Source of the DNA: a virus
IMG/VR virus record: IMGVR_UViG_3300032053_005343
Span: 73,012-137,011 of that record
Direction: 5' to 3' (one strand)
Length of the DNA stretch: 64,000 nucleotides
Shown here: positions 48,551-58,371 of the stretch, piece by piece
Numbering within the stretch: the stretch's first letter is position 1
Layout: every line of letters starts with the position of its first letter
The notes under the pieces: generated by a model
What the model was told of the DNA's origin: nothing
Databases searched by the model: none
What the model saw: the letters and a program-made list of their open reading frames with translations, nothing else
Position numbers and translations under genes: made by a program

Positions 48551-50617
48551 CTATATCAGAATAAATTCACACCCCCTCTGAAAATCTTGAATGTTATCAA
48601 AACCGGCATAACTTATCGCGCTTCTTAATGCCCCCGCATACCTATTTAAAAGTGATTCTACTGGTTCTCCTATGTCAAGATGAATTAATTTGCCCTCTGC
48701 CGAAGTTCCTGGTTTTAAACCACCCTTCCATTTATTCTGGACATATTCACTATTGCCACACCACGTATATTTATTGTTTCTTCTTACACATAATATTCCA
48801 TTAGGAACCTCTGCGCAATACACTTTGCCACTATAATCTATAAAACTATAGTGTTTTGGGAGGATGGTGGGGTTATGCCAATATTTACCTACATAAACAG
48901 AAAATGAATCATATTTTCTAACGAAACTTTTCCCATTAATTTCTCCTAAAGATCCCTTTGGATGATTCAAGTGAATTGTTGGAGTTAATCCACATTTTAT
49001 ACATATCTCTGATATATCGTCTATAAATTTAGTGGAAGAACTAGTTATAGAATTTCTGTTTTTACAACCGTCACCGAGAAATATTGAATTTATTAAAATC
49101 TCTAATAATTTAGTCGGTAGATTTTTAATTTTTTTCGGAATAAATTTTTCATGAGCCTTCCCAAATTTCATCAAATAACTGCAAAGGGGCATGTTTTGTA
49201 TTGTAAGTTCATAATTTTTATTCCTTTTTCTTACAAAGGAACCAATATTATATTTTCTTAATAAGGTTACATAATGATTTATCAATTTTTTATTATTATT
49301 TGAAATACTTATGGAATACACAAAATGATTAGGATTATAACTGATATGTTTTTTTGATTTTGATATTCTTTTATTTGCCCACCCTTCTGCTAACCAGAAT
49401 CCAAAAAAATCAATCCATTCTTCTGTCAGAAAATTTGTTCCTATTTTCTTATATTTATTTTTATATCCAGAGACAACATCGGGTATCTTAAAAAATTTGG
49501 AATATTCTCCCTTCCATCCGCATATTTTTTGATACTTAAAATTTTCCTTACAACACCGTTCCGCCTTAACGAATTTAAATTTTTCTTTATATCCATCCTT
49601 AATTCTTGCTCGTTTAGCAACATACATTCTGTGATTTGGTGTTACTAATAAATCAATAGCTTTATGATTTATATTTATCATTTCCCCGTTATAATTATAA
49701 TTAAAAATATTTGTTGGTTTTTGAAATTCCATTAATTTTGTTTCTGTATTTAAAGTTGCTAAATCGTCAGATAATTTTATTTCTGAAAAATTTTTCCATC
49801 CATTGATGGTTAATATTTCTGTGTCGTCGCTATAACATGACATGCCCGCCAGAATTTTCTTCTTTATCCCATCAATTTCTATCGTTTCTGAAGCACTCTC
49901 TGGGCATCTGGCGAATATACTACCAGCCATAGCACAACTAGCTCCTGCCCCGATAGCTTTGGTGAAATCGGCGGGGCAACGAATGTTCCCGTCACTAATG
50001 ATTGGCATACCATATTTTTGTGAGATTTCTTTTAAATCATAGATAGCAGAAAATTGATTTTTTGTACAACCAACTACTGTCGCCGTCGAACAGGAATTAC
50101 CACCACCTATGCCGATTTTTATTGCATCTACATAATCATTGAACATCCCTATCATATCAGGATTAATAGTATTTCCGGCGACAACTTTTATTGTTGGATA
50201 GAATTTTTTTATATGTTGGCACATTTGTAATGCATATTTATTAAAACCATGAGCTACATCGACGAAAATAATGTTAGATCCAGCTTTTATTAATTTTTCA
50301 ACCAATATATAATCTGAATCTTTTATTCCAATGGAAACCGCAACAGAGGGAATTTCCTTTGTTATTTTTTTTGTTTCCGATATATAATCATCTGTATTTG
50401 GAAAAGCTCTGTGTAAAACCCCCATAGCCCCAAGCCTATAAAGCCCTATCGAGAATTCCGCATTCGTGACTGTTGACATATTCGCTGCCAAAAGGGGAAG
50501 TGGACGGATTACTCCGCGAATTATCTCGCTTTTTATTTTTGTGTCAAGCCGACTTTTGCAAATATTCTCTTTTTGATAAATTGCTATGTCAGAAAATTTA
50601 TATGATTTTTTAAACAT
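48551..50617 (-). CDS. guaB: IMP dehydrogenase/GMP reductase (no CBS domains) with intein
   Basis: AANMSTV, VDVAHG, VAGN, IGIGGGNSCST, ISDG, AGS, GMS|intein|S, SAEG, LRSAISYAG. Confidence 0.85.
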   Translation of the reverse strand: MFKKSYKFSDIAIYQKENICKSRLDTKIKSEIIRGVIRPLPLLAANMSTVTNAEFSIGLYRLGAMGVLHRAFPNTDDYISETKKITKEIPSVAVSIGIKDSDYILVEKLIKAGSNIIFVDVAHGFNKYALQMCQHIKKFYPTIKVVAGNTINPDMIGMFNDYVDAIKIGIGGGNSCSTATVVGCTKNQFSAIYDLKEISQKYGMPIISDGNIRCPADFTKAIGAGASCAMAGSIFARCPESASETIEIDGIKKKILAGMSCYSDDTEILTINGWKNFSEIKLSDDLATLNTETKLMEFQKPTNIFNYNYNGEMININHKAIDLLVTPNHRMYVAKRARIKDGYKEKFKFVKAERCCKENFKYQKICGWKGEYSKFFKIPDVVSGYKNKYKKIGTNFLTEEWIDFFGFWLAEGWANKRISKSKKHISYNPNHFVYSISISNNNKKLINHYVTLLRKYNIGSFVRKRNKNYELTIQNMPLCSYLMKFGKAHEKFIPKKIKNLPTKLLEILINSIFLGDGCKNRNSITSSSTKFIDDISEICIKCGLTPTIHLNHPKGSLGEINGKSFVRKYDSFSVYVGKYWHNPTILPKHYSFIDYSGKVYCAEVPNGILCVRRNNKYTWCGNSEYVQNKWKGGLKPGTSAEGKLIHLDIGEPVESLLNRYAGALRSAISYAGFDNIQDFQRGCEFILI
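48752..49837 (-). mobile_element. Intein with LAGLIDADG endonuclease in guaB (362 aa, ends Gly-Asn)
   Basis: AGMS|CYSDDTEIL..VTPNH..FFGFWLAEG..FLGDG..VYCAEV..WCGN|SEY. Confidence 0.9.
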
Positions 50618-51243
50618 TATTTTATTTTTCTCCTGATGGGTTCGTTTAATGCTCTATCAATATTCCAACCCCTCCTTATTCTTGTCCGAAGTGTATCGTA
50701 AGGAAGATTATATTCTTCGGCCCAGGCTGCAATACATTGTGTTTTACCTTTATATGTTAACATATGGCTATCTCTTCTGTTGTAATTATTTTCTTTATTG
50801 GTGCTCCATCGACAATTCTTTTTATGATATCCTTTATTGTTATCAATTCTATCTATCTGATGCTTCTTGCTTGGCGGTAGTCCCATGTCATTAAGAAAAT
50901 TAATAAATCCGTTATTTTTAGGCAACCACCTTTTGCAAACCGTAATGCCTCTATTTCCGTAATCTTTATATCTTGGATTTTTGGGGTTGGTACACCTTTG
51001 AATCATAGATTTCCATATTTTATCAATATGAGAATTGCTAAGCCCATGTTTGGTCATTATATCTTTGTGCAGGCATCCGCAACTTTTTGAATCTCCTGTT
51101 CTTAAACTATATCCGTCTATATTTTTTATGATTCCGCAACTACATTCACATTTCCATCTAGATTTCTTTTTGTTGGTGTTTATTTGTTTAAGAATTGTCC
51201 ATCTTCCAAATTTTAATCCCGTTAAATCAATAAATTTGCCCAT
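50617..51243 (-). CDS. DLxG-family HNH-like endonuclease
   Basis: FIDLTGLKFGRW, CECSCG, IDRIDNNKGY. Confidence 0.85.
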   Translation of the reverse strand: MGKFIDLTGLKFGRWTILKQINTNKKKSRWKCECSCGIIKNIDGYSLRTGDSKSCGCLHKDIMTKHGLSNSHIDKIWKSMIQRCTNPKNPRYKDYGNRGITVCKRWLPKNNGFINFLNDMGLPPSKKHQIDRIDNNKGYHKKNCRWSTNKENNYNRRDSHMLTYKGKTQCIAAWAEEYNLPYDTLRTRIRRGWNIDRALNEPIRRKIK

Positions 51244-51359
51244 TACCTATATTCCCTTATTTCCCCTCTATTTTTTGCGTCTAGCCTACTATTACAAATA
51301 TTTTCTTTTTGGCAAATTGCTACGTCCTTAAAATTATATGATCGGACTAAATCGCTCAT
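51243..51359 (-). pseudogene. Stranded duplicate of the guaB N-terminus (38 aa)
   Basis: MSDLVRSYNFKDVAICQKENICNSRLDAKNRGEI vs guaB MFKKSYKFSDIAIYQKENICKSRLDTKIKSEI; 19/28 identical. Confidence 0.85.
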
Positions 51360-51364
51360 TTATT

Positions 51365-52036
51365 TTATTCCTTGATATGTTTCCATGTTATTTTATGTGT
51401 CAATAACCAAATTGTTTTATAGCTGGCTCCATATTTTATAACTAATTCCTTATAAGACAATCCTTTTTTATGATCTCTTATAATGTCTATCGCTGTTTTT
51501 TCGTTTATTGTAGCTGCTCCGTGCTTACTTCCTGGTTGACTTGATTGTGGTTTCGGGATACCAATCTGTGCTTTTCTAATTTTTTCCTTAACTAAACTGG
51601 GTCGGTGTCGTCCCTTTAAAGCAATACTTAATTTTAATTTATGTTCTTTGGTGAGCCTTGTTCCTTTTTTAGAATTGCTTATTTTTTCTTTTGTTGCTCT
51701 TGTATGATTCCGGCCCAACATTGGAGTAATAGTATTTTTAGAAATATTGAATCCAATATTTGAATTATAACATTTTGTTTGGTCTAACCACAATTGTTCT
51801 TTTATTGATAATTTTTTTATATCATAAACAATTTCAATTATTTCAAATTTAAAATTTTCTTTTCCATATTTATTCCATGAGTTTTGTAAATAGGTATTGA
51901 TATGATTTCCGTTTTTTAATCTAGATAAATGAAACTCGAACCGTCTTTTAAGATTAATAGCACTTCCTATATAAAATTTTCCTGTTGATGAACAGGTTAT
52001 TCTATAAATACCAGAGATATAACCTTTAATAAACAT
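51365..52036 (-). CDS. GIY-YIG homing endonuclease (NUMOD3 + HTH)
   Basis: SGIYRITC..FYIGSA; GRNHTRATKEKIS. Confidence 0.9.
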   Translation of the reverse strand: MFIKGYISGIYRITCSSTGKFYIGSAINLKRRFEFHLSRLKNGNHINTYLQNSWNKYGKENFKFEIIEIVYDIKKLSIKEQLWLDQTKCYNSNIGFNISKNTITPMLGRNHTRATKEKISNSKKGTRLTKEHKLKLSIALKGRHRPSLVKEKIRKAQIGIPKPQSSQPGSKHGAATINEKTAIDIIRDHKKGLSYKELVIKYGASYKTIWLLTHKITWKHIKE

Positions 52037-52245
52037 AAAATTTTAACATACACTTCCTTTGCTTATATGACGACCATTTGTGATTTTAAATTTTGGATTA
52101 CAGACAAAATCTTCAATAGGTATTCCTTCGGGAATAAAATCTTCCGATAGTTCGCAAAACATAGTAAAAATTGTTTCCTTATCTCTTATTAGTGTACAGT
52201 ATCCCTCGCTGTTAAAATATAATATTTTTTGCATTTCATTTTCCT

Positions 52246-52659
52246 TTATCTATATCCATGAATTGTTACCCTCTGTTTACCGTCTGGTAATTTGGTTCTA
52301 GATACTTGTCTACCTTTCTTTTCTTGTTGAAGGCGAATTGCTTGGAAAGCGTAGTTTTGTTTCAACTTATTCGTCCAGTGTTCCGAATATTTAGTTTTGT
52401 CAAATTCTGATATAATAGCCGTATAGGTATTATCTTCGTTTTTAATAAATCCCAGGTCGTTTGAAGACATTCCCACATTTTTACGACGAATAATAATATT
52501 AGCTTTATCTTGTCTTAAATCTCCCCTATATCCGAAAAGATGTTGTGGTTCATCATAAATTTCTATTTGTTCCCTTTGCCACAAGCCAGTTTCCATCAAA
52601 GCAAAAATTAAAGCTTCTTGATTTTTCATAGCAGTTTCAATTTGACAATAAAGGGACAT
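52246..52659 (-). CDS. DUF1257-family protein
   Basis: MS....I.T......L..AL; LFGYRGD.R...A.IIIRR......SNDLGF; LKQNYA. Confidence 0.8.
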   Translation of the reverse strand: MSLYCQIETAMKNQEALIFALMETGLWQREQIEIYDEPQHLFGYRGDLRQDKANIIIRRKNVGMSSNDLGFIKNEDNTYTAIISEFDKTKYSEHWTNKLKQNYAFQAIRLQQEKKGRQVSRTKLPDGKQRVTIHGYR

Positions 52660-53303
52660 TATTTTTTTCTCCTATTATATTTTCTTATTGGTATTGTTAA
52701 AGCTTCTTCCATAGAATATCCGTATGTATCTATCCTTGTCATTATCGTATGATAATTTAGATTAAATTTTTTGCAATGATCTTTTAAACACAATCCATTA
52801 ATGTTTATGTTAGTTTTCATGTTTCTATGTTGTTGTTTGTTTGTTGCCCATCTCCAGTTACCTGGAAAATACCCCTTGTTATTGTCTGTTCTATCAAGAG
52901 ATTTTTTATATGGTGGATCGCCAACGTCTTTATAAAAATTTTCAAATCCGTTTTTCTTATTTGACCATCTTTTACAAACTGTAATTGGAGGGATTCTTCC
53001 TCCATAGTTCTTGTATGCTTTATGATTTTTGTCGTTACATCTAGAAATCATACTCGACCATATATAATAAATTTTAGTTTTGCATTTTTGGTGCTTGGTT
53101 CTATTTTTATTTCTTAATATTGTTTGTTCTTTACTAAAACATCCACAGCTTTTTGTGTGTTTACTTTTTAAATCACCGGATGTTACTTTTATTTCTTTTC
53201 CACAATCACACAAGCATAACCAAAGTATTTGGTTGGATCTATTTCTACCGTCCTGTTTAATAACGAGAAGTCTTTCAAATCTTTGCCCGATTAAATCCAT
53301 CAA
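52659..53303 (-). CDS. DLxG-family HNH-like endonuclease
   Basis: DLIGQRFERL, CLCDCG, LDRTDNNKGY. Confidence 0.85.
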   Translation of the reverse strand: MMDLIGQRFERLLVIKQDGRNRSNQILWLCLCDCGKEIKVTSGDLKSKHTKSCGCFSKEQTILRNKNRTKHQKCKTKIYYIWSSMISRCNDKNHKAYKNYGGRIPPITVCKRWSNKKNGFENFYKDVGDPPYKKSLDRTDNNKGYFPGNWRWATNKQQHRNMKTNININGLCLKDHCKKFNLNYHTIMTRIDTYGYSMEEALTIPIRKYNRRKK

Positions 53304-53654
53304 TTATCTCCGTCCCGGATCAGTTAAGCTTTTACCAAAACAACCACTTACCGGCTCAAACATTGGCATTGGTATATTTTTGTTCATCGCTTTTTCTATT
53401 ACGTGAGCCAAAAATCCTTGGCCGACCGGACTTCCTAACCACTGAATTAGTGTCGCTGCAAGTTTGTAATTTTCATTAGATTGAATTTCAACATAATGTT
53501 CATCTACATTCCCTGAAAACAAATGATCCAAAGTACAATTTCTTACAGCTAATTGGGTGTTTTCTTCTTGCCAACATTCGGCAAACAATTTTTCTAAGGG
53601 TTCTCTATTGTATCTATGAGAAGAAAATCCTTTGAATTTATTTAAAATTTTCAT
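53304..53654 (-). CDS. Hypothetical phage protein
   Basis: PLEK.FAECW; AATLIQWLGSPVGQGFL. Confidence 0.6.
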   Translation of the reverse strand: MKILNKFKGFSSHRYNREPLEKLFAECWQEENTQLAVRNCTLDHLFSGNVDEHYVEIQSNENYKLAATLIQWLGSPVGQGFLAHVIEKAMNKNIPMPMFEPVSGCFGKSLTDPGRR

Positions 53655-53655
53655 T

Positions 53656-53916
53656 TTAATTGTCCGTAACCTGAAGAGAAAGTGGTTCTACCATTGTATT
53701 TTCGCTTATTCCGTGCTCGTCGCCGTTTGACAGATCCACAAATCTTGCGGGCCAAGCCTCCATACATTCTGTTATACAAAATCTTCCATCTGTTCTTATA
53801 CATATGTGATATTGAGATGGAGCAGATCTTGAATCTGGCCAATATTTAAAACATTCCCCAACACCAATATTTCTTGCTTCGGTCATTTTTGGCTTATTTT
53901 CAATATTAATTTTCAT
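53656..53916 (-). CDS. Hypothetical protein
   Basis: 86 aa ORF fitting the gene string. Confidence 0.5.
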   Translation of the reverse strand: MKINIENKPKMTEARNIGVGECFKYWPDSRSAPSQYHICIRTDGRFCITECMEAWPARFVDLSNGDEHGISENTMVEPLSLQVTDN

Positions 53917-54066
53917 TTCGAACCCCTTCTATGGATCTTGAAAAATTTCCTTCGCCATCATAACCAATTGGTTGACCAGGAAATAAACGATTGTGTTCTT
54001 CTGCTAGTTCATCGCCATCTAATGTTTCATATATCTCCGTAATTTGTTGTATAACTTCATCATATG

Positions 54067-54468
54067 TTATTTTTTTTGTTTGCATTTATATTCTGCCCTT
54101 TCTAGTAAATCTTCAAAAAATTCTACTTTGTTTACTCTTCTATTTTTAGCAACAGTGTCGCATAATCTACAAATACTACCAATACGTGATTTTAATTCGT
54201 TTAATTTATAAGTTAATTGATCTGAGGTGATACATTTTTTCATTGTCCGTTTATTAAAATCTTGAACATAAACATAATTTATATCTATATTTGTACCTGA
54301 AACCCACGCAACTTCAATTATTATGCCTTGATTTTCATATAATTGAATACAAAAACATCTTGTAGAAATTAAATCTCGTATTTCTTTAACTAATAAATTT
54401 GTTTCATATTTTTCTTTGTTCATTAGTTTCCTACCAATCCATAGTAAAACTTCCAAAATTTGTTTCAA
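54067..54468 (-). CDS. Hypothetical protein
   Basis: ORF; start uncertain. Confidence 0.5.
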   Translation of the reverse strand: MKQILEVLLWIGRKLMNKEKYETNLLVKEIRDLISTRCFCIQLYENQGIIIEVAWVSGTNIDINYVYVQDFNKRTMKKCITSDQLTYKLNELKSRIGSICRLCDTVAKNRRVNKVEFFEDLLERAEYKCKQKK

Positions 54469-54814
54469 TTAACATTTCTTTAAATTCATCAATAGATAAT
54501 TTATTAATCGTAGATGGCAATTCATCATATTCATCTATGTATTCTATATAATGCAAAAAATCTTCCCATGTATAAACCCTGTATTTATTATAATCTCCAG
54601 GCCAACAAGAATCTACCATTTCTCCTATTATACCATACTGGGTCTTGTGTATAAGCCAAGGTTCATCTTTTTTTATACAATGTTCTGCCCAAATTTTAAA
54701 TCTTTCTTTTAGTGGTTCATTTTTATTTGTTACAATTTTTCTTAATTTTGGTTGAGCCTCTTTAATCATTTTCTTATAGGAATTTAATTGTATAATTAAA
54801 TCTTTATCCTTCAT
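54431..54814 (-). CDS. Hypothetical protein
   Basis: 127 aa ORF. Confidence 0.55.
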   Translation of the reverse strand: MKDKDLIIQLNSYKKMIKEAQPKLRKIVTNKNEPLKERFKIWAEHCIKKDEPWLIHKTQYGIIGEMVDSCWPGDYNKYRVYTWEDFLHYIEYIDEYDELPSTINKLSIDEFKEMLIETNFGSFTMDW

Positions 54815-54815
54815 T

Positions 54816-55787
54816 TTATATAATCACCTTCCTTTTAAGGCTATTAATAAATTGTGAACCTTCTCCTTCTTCGAGAGAAGCTTGTTTTCTAATGCTGGAT
54901 AAGGATAGAGAGACGGCTGTTTTCATTGCTGCGCTATCAAAACTTTTTGATGTTGTGCCCAAATCAAGATACTGGTCTCTAAAATCTGTTAGCATTTTAT
55001 CTATATTGGTATCACCAAAGACGTTAAGTGTTTTAAATTTGTCTATATATTTTCGAAAAAAGGCAAGAGACCTTCCGGTAAGTTGTTTCGAGTCTGTTTC
55101 ATCTCCATAAGGTTTATTGTTAACGCGAGCACTCATTAAGTCGCAGAATTTTACCACTTCCCCTCTCATTTGTGATACATATTGCTCTACGAAACCACTT
55201 ACTTCGTGTTGCATGGTTTCTTTTAATATTTGTTGACGTTGATTTTCATCTGTGATTTCTTGTAAATTTGTTTCTTTTATAGAATCTAATCCGGCAATTT
55301 TAAACATAAACCAACTGAAATGATATTTACTACGAAGTGCTTCTGCCGTATGTGGATAGTGTTGTCGAAGACATTTTTGCCAAAAATCTGGATGTTTTTC
55401 TTTAATTTCTTCTTTAGCTTTATCAAATCTTGTAATAAAACTATCCACCGCCGCAAAAAATTCTTTTTTATATGAATTTAAATTTTCTTCAATGTCTGGA
55501 ATAAGTTTTATTGGAACAAAATGGGCATTGGCTATTCCAAAAGGAACAGAGAAATTTGCAAGATACGAACGCGCGCGTTGTTCAATTTTTGTAAGGGTTT
55601 GTATTTCTGCTTTGTTCACCAATAATTTGCGACCATAATTTACCAAATCGGACGGTAATGTATCTGGGTCTAGACCAACGCTTACAAAATCGGCCCGTGA
55701 AATCATCTTTCTTCCACTCCAGCAACCGATCTTGAGATTGACGAGAACTCCGACTTCAAACAAATTTATTGTATCATTGTTTTCCAT
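54816..55787 (-). CDS. DUF3150-family protein
   Basis: LVNLKIGCWSGRK; G.KLLV; SVPF....HFVP; lies next to Ycf46-like AAA. Confidence 0.75.
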   Translation of the reverse strand: MENNDTINLFEVGVLVNLKIGCWSGRKMISRADFVSVGLDPDTLPSDLVNYGRKLLVNKAEIQTLTKIEQRARSYLANFSVPFGIANAHFVPIKLIPDIEENLNSYKKEFFAAVDSFITRFDKAKEEIKEKHPDFWQKCLRQHYPHTAEALRSKYHFSWFMFKIAGLDSIKETNLQEITDENQRQQILKETMQHEVSGFVEQYVSQMRGEVVKFCDLMSARVNNKPYGDETDSKQLTGRSLAFFRKYIDKFKTLNVFGDTNIDKMLTDFRDQYLDLGTTSKSFDSAAMKTAVSLSLSSIRKQASLEEGEGSQFINSLKRKVII

Positions 55788-55883
55788 ACTTTACTCCAAT
55801 TCTTTGACGTTAACCCAATTTATTTCATTATAATAATTTATATAATCATACAATAGCATGGCGAACCAATATTTTTGACATAA

Positions 55884-56153
55884 TTATTTTCCTATTTGTC
55901 TTGCATAAAAAATAGGATCGTAATCTCTATCAACACTAAATCTTCCCAACTCTATACCCTCTAGATCCCAAATTATAAATGTCAAAGGCCAACTGCACTC
56001 CCATCCGTCGTGGTTTGAGTGATAATTTTCAGCCGCTTGTTTCGCCACATGCTCTATATCGCTAACCCAAACACTTTCTATTTCATAAGCATTATCAAAA
56101 TCCGCATCATGTTCTTGAACCCCATATCTATATTGTAATCCTGTTTTAATCAT
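55884..56153 (-). CDS. Hypothetical phage protein
   Basis: AAE.YH...DGWECSWPL.F...RFSV.....P.F.A. Confidence 0.6.
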   Translation of the reverse strand: MIKTGLQYRYGVQEHDADFDNAYEIESVWVSDIEHVAKQAAENYHSNHDGWECSWPLTFIIWDLEGIELGRFSVDRDYDPIFYARQIGK

Positions 56154-57712
56154 TAAGCCACAACCCTTCTTCCTTTCTTGTCCGCGACTCTTTCTGTTGG
56201 ACTGTTGGCATTCTTAGCGTGTTTAATTCCCCATTCTCTTGTTTTTTGAATACGTTCTGGCTCTAATTTACTAAGTGGAATCACAGATTCAATTGCAATT
56301 TCTAAGTGATTTTGAGACAATTCTACTTTCTGACAAAAGGCAATCTTTAACCCAAGTTCAATACTTTGTTCAATGTCTGAACCCGTAAATCCAACAGTTT
56401 TCTCAACTAAAGATTTAAGATCATAAACAGATGGGTCTCTTTTTCTCTTTGAAATATGGATATTAAAAATTGATTTTCTTTCAAAATCATTTGGTAGATC
56501 AAGAGCAAATACAGCGTCAAAACGTCCACTCCGCAAAAATTCAACGGGGATACTACTTATATCATTCGCGGTAGCTGCAAGATATACCGGAGAAGTTCTG
56601 TCAGAGAGCCATTTCAAGAATGTACCAAACACGCGACGACTAGCACCTCCATCTAAATCTCCCGATCCGCCAAGTCCTTTTTCGATTTCATCCAACTGTA
56701 GTACACAGGGAGCAACGCTTTCAACAATTTTTATCGCTTCTCTCATGTTTGCTTCCGACGAACCTACATATTGATTCATAATACTTCCAATGTCCAGACT
56801 AATTAATGGTAAATTAAATTCTGAACTTATTGCCACTGTAATTAAAGATTTTCCACAGCCAGGAATTCCTACCAACATAAGTCCACGAGGATATCTAATA
56901 CCAAAATCTCTTGCCTCATCGGAAAAACATGGTTTATCTAATTTTAGATGATTTTTAAGCGCACCATATCCACCAATGTTATTCAATCCACCTGGAGGGG
57001 GTTCTATATACTGCAATATTCCAGATTTTTTTATTACCGAAGCCTTTTCTGACAAGATAGTTTTTAAAGCATCTTGATTAAAATCTTTGTGTTTTCTTAT
57101 TGAAAGAGCTAGACGATCAATTATTTGGGTGTTAGTCATTCCACAACAAGACTTTATAATGTCTGGCAATAGTTCTTGGGTGGGTTCAAATTTAGTGTCA
57201 TCTTTTGTACTTACGCCTTCACAAATGAATTTTATATTATTTTCAATGTCATTCTTTTGCGGTAAAGGAAAGTCAATGTTGGTTATATCGTTTTTCAAAC
57301 AATTTGGGGCTTTGAAAGCTGAATCCAAAAAAATGATTGTTTTACACGAATTACTTAAAATTTCTCTTGTTTCCTCTAGCCACGAAATTGCCATATCAAA
57401 TGAATTGTATGTTTCGTGATGTAAATATATACAGAATTCCTTCAATATAAAAATTGAATTCTCTTGCATTTCATTTATAGATTTTATGACTTCTTCTGGG
57501 GGTAATTGGCCCGTTGTGCCCCCGACTTTGCAGTTTTTCTCATCTACCCACGAAGTTGCCGCCGACCATATAAAGATTTTTCTATTTATTTCTTTAGCGC
57601 ATTTTGATATATGATCAATACATCTTGATTTTTCAAAAGTATCAATTGATAACAAAGCGTGGCCCGACAATAAATAATCGACGAGATCAGTATGAAAATT
57701 ATTATTGGTCAT
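56153..57712 (-). CDS. Ycf46-like AAA+ ATPase
   Basis: Degenerate N-terminal AAA; IGGYGALK, GIPGCGKS, LDEIEK, ATAN, LRSGRFD, GFTGSDI. Confidence 0.88.
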   Translation of the reverse strand: MTNNNFHTDLVDYLLSGHALLSIDTFEKSRCIDHISKCAKEINRKIFIWSAATSWVDEKNCKVGGTTGQLPPEEVIKSINEMQENSIFILKEFCIYLHHETYNSFDMAISWLEETREILSNSCKTIIFLDSAFKAPNCLKNDITNIDFPLPQKNDIENNIKFICEGVSTKDDTKFEPTQELLPDIIKSCCGMTNTQIIDRLALSIRKHKDFNQDALKTILSEKASVIKKSGILQYIEPPPGGLNNIGGYGALKNHLKLDKPCFSDEARDFGIRYPRGLMLVGIPGCGKSLITVAISSEFNLPLISLDIGSIMNQYVGSSEANMREAIKIVESVAPCVLQLDEIEKGLGGSGDLDGGASRRVFGTFLKWLSDRTSPVYLAATANDISSIPVEFLRSGRFDAVFALDLPNDFERKSIFNIHISKRKRDPSVYDLKSLVEKTVGFTGSDIEQSIELGLKIAFCQKVELSQNHLEIAIESVIPLSKLEPERIQKTREWGIKHAKNANSPTERVADKKGRRVVA

Positions 57713-58350
57713 TTATTTTTCCTTTTAATATATTTTCTAACAGGCGTTAATAAAGCTTTTTCTATTGATTGACCGCTAGACAATCTGTCTCTTAGTACAT
57801 GCGGATTCATATTATATTCTTCTGCCATAGCAGACATACATTGTTTTTTATTATCATATTCAATTATAAGATTGTCTCTTCTGTTCCTGTTATTGTTTTT
57901 AGAAACAACCCATCTACAATTTCGTTTATAATAACCTTTGTTATTATTTATTCTATCTATCTGATATTTATTAGTTGGAGGTTGTCCCATATCTTCTAGA
58001 AAATTTAAGAATCCCCTTGAGCCGGACCATCTTTTGCAAACTTTTATTCCACGACCGCCATAATCTTTGTATGCATGATTATTTGGATTATTACATCTTT
58101 GTTTCATATTATGATATGAATTATAGATATTCAATTGATATAAACCATGTTTCGTACTAAATATCTTTGCTGTTTCTTTTTGCAGACACCCACAACTTTT
58201 CGTTTTGCCACTTTTCAAGGAATCTGAAAGAATTATTTTTTGATTCCCACAATCACACTTACACAACCATCTTAATCTTCTTTTAGTTATAGTTAATATT
58301 CTTTTTATAATTAATAATCTACCGAATCTTTGTCCAATTAAATTATTCAT
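57709..58350 (-). CDS. DLxG-family HNH-like endonuclease
   Basis: NLIGQRFGRL, CKCDCG, IDRINNNKGY. Confidence 0.85.
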   Translation of the reverse strand: MNNLIGQRFGRLLIIKRILTITKRRLRWLCKCDCGNQKIILSDSLKSGKTKSCGCLQKETAKIFSTKHGLYQLNIYNSYHNMKQRCNNPNNHAYKDYGGRGIKVCKRWSGSRGFLNFLEDMGQPPTNKYQIDRINNNKGYYKRNCRWVVSKNNNRNRRDNLIIEYDNKKQCMSAMAEEYNMNPHVLRDRLSSGQSIEKALLTPVRKYIKRKNK

Positions 58351-58371
58351 AAATTATATTGTCCATTTATT

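Noticed and set aside
53651-53842. 63-aa minus-strand ORF overlapping 53656..53916
   Set aside because: Alternative frame of the same DNA; the 86-aa ORF fits the gene string better.
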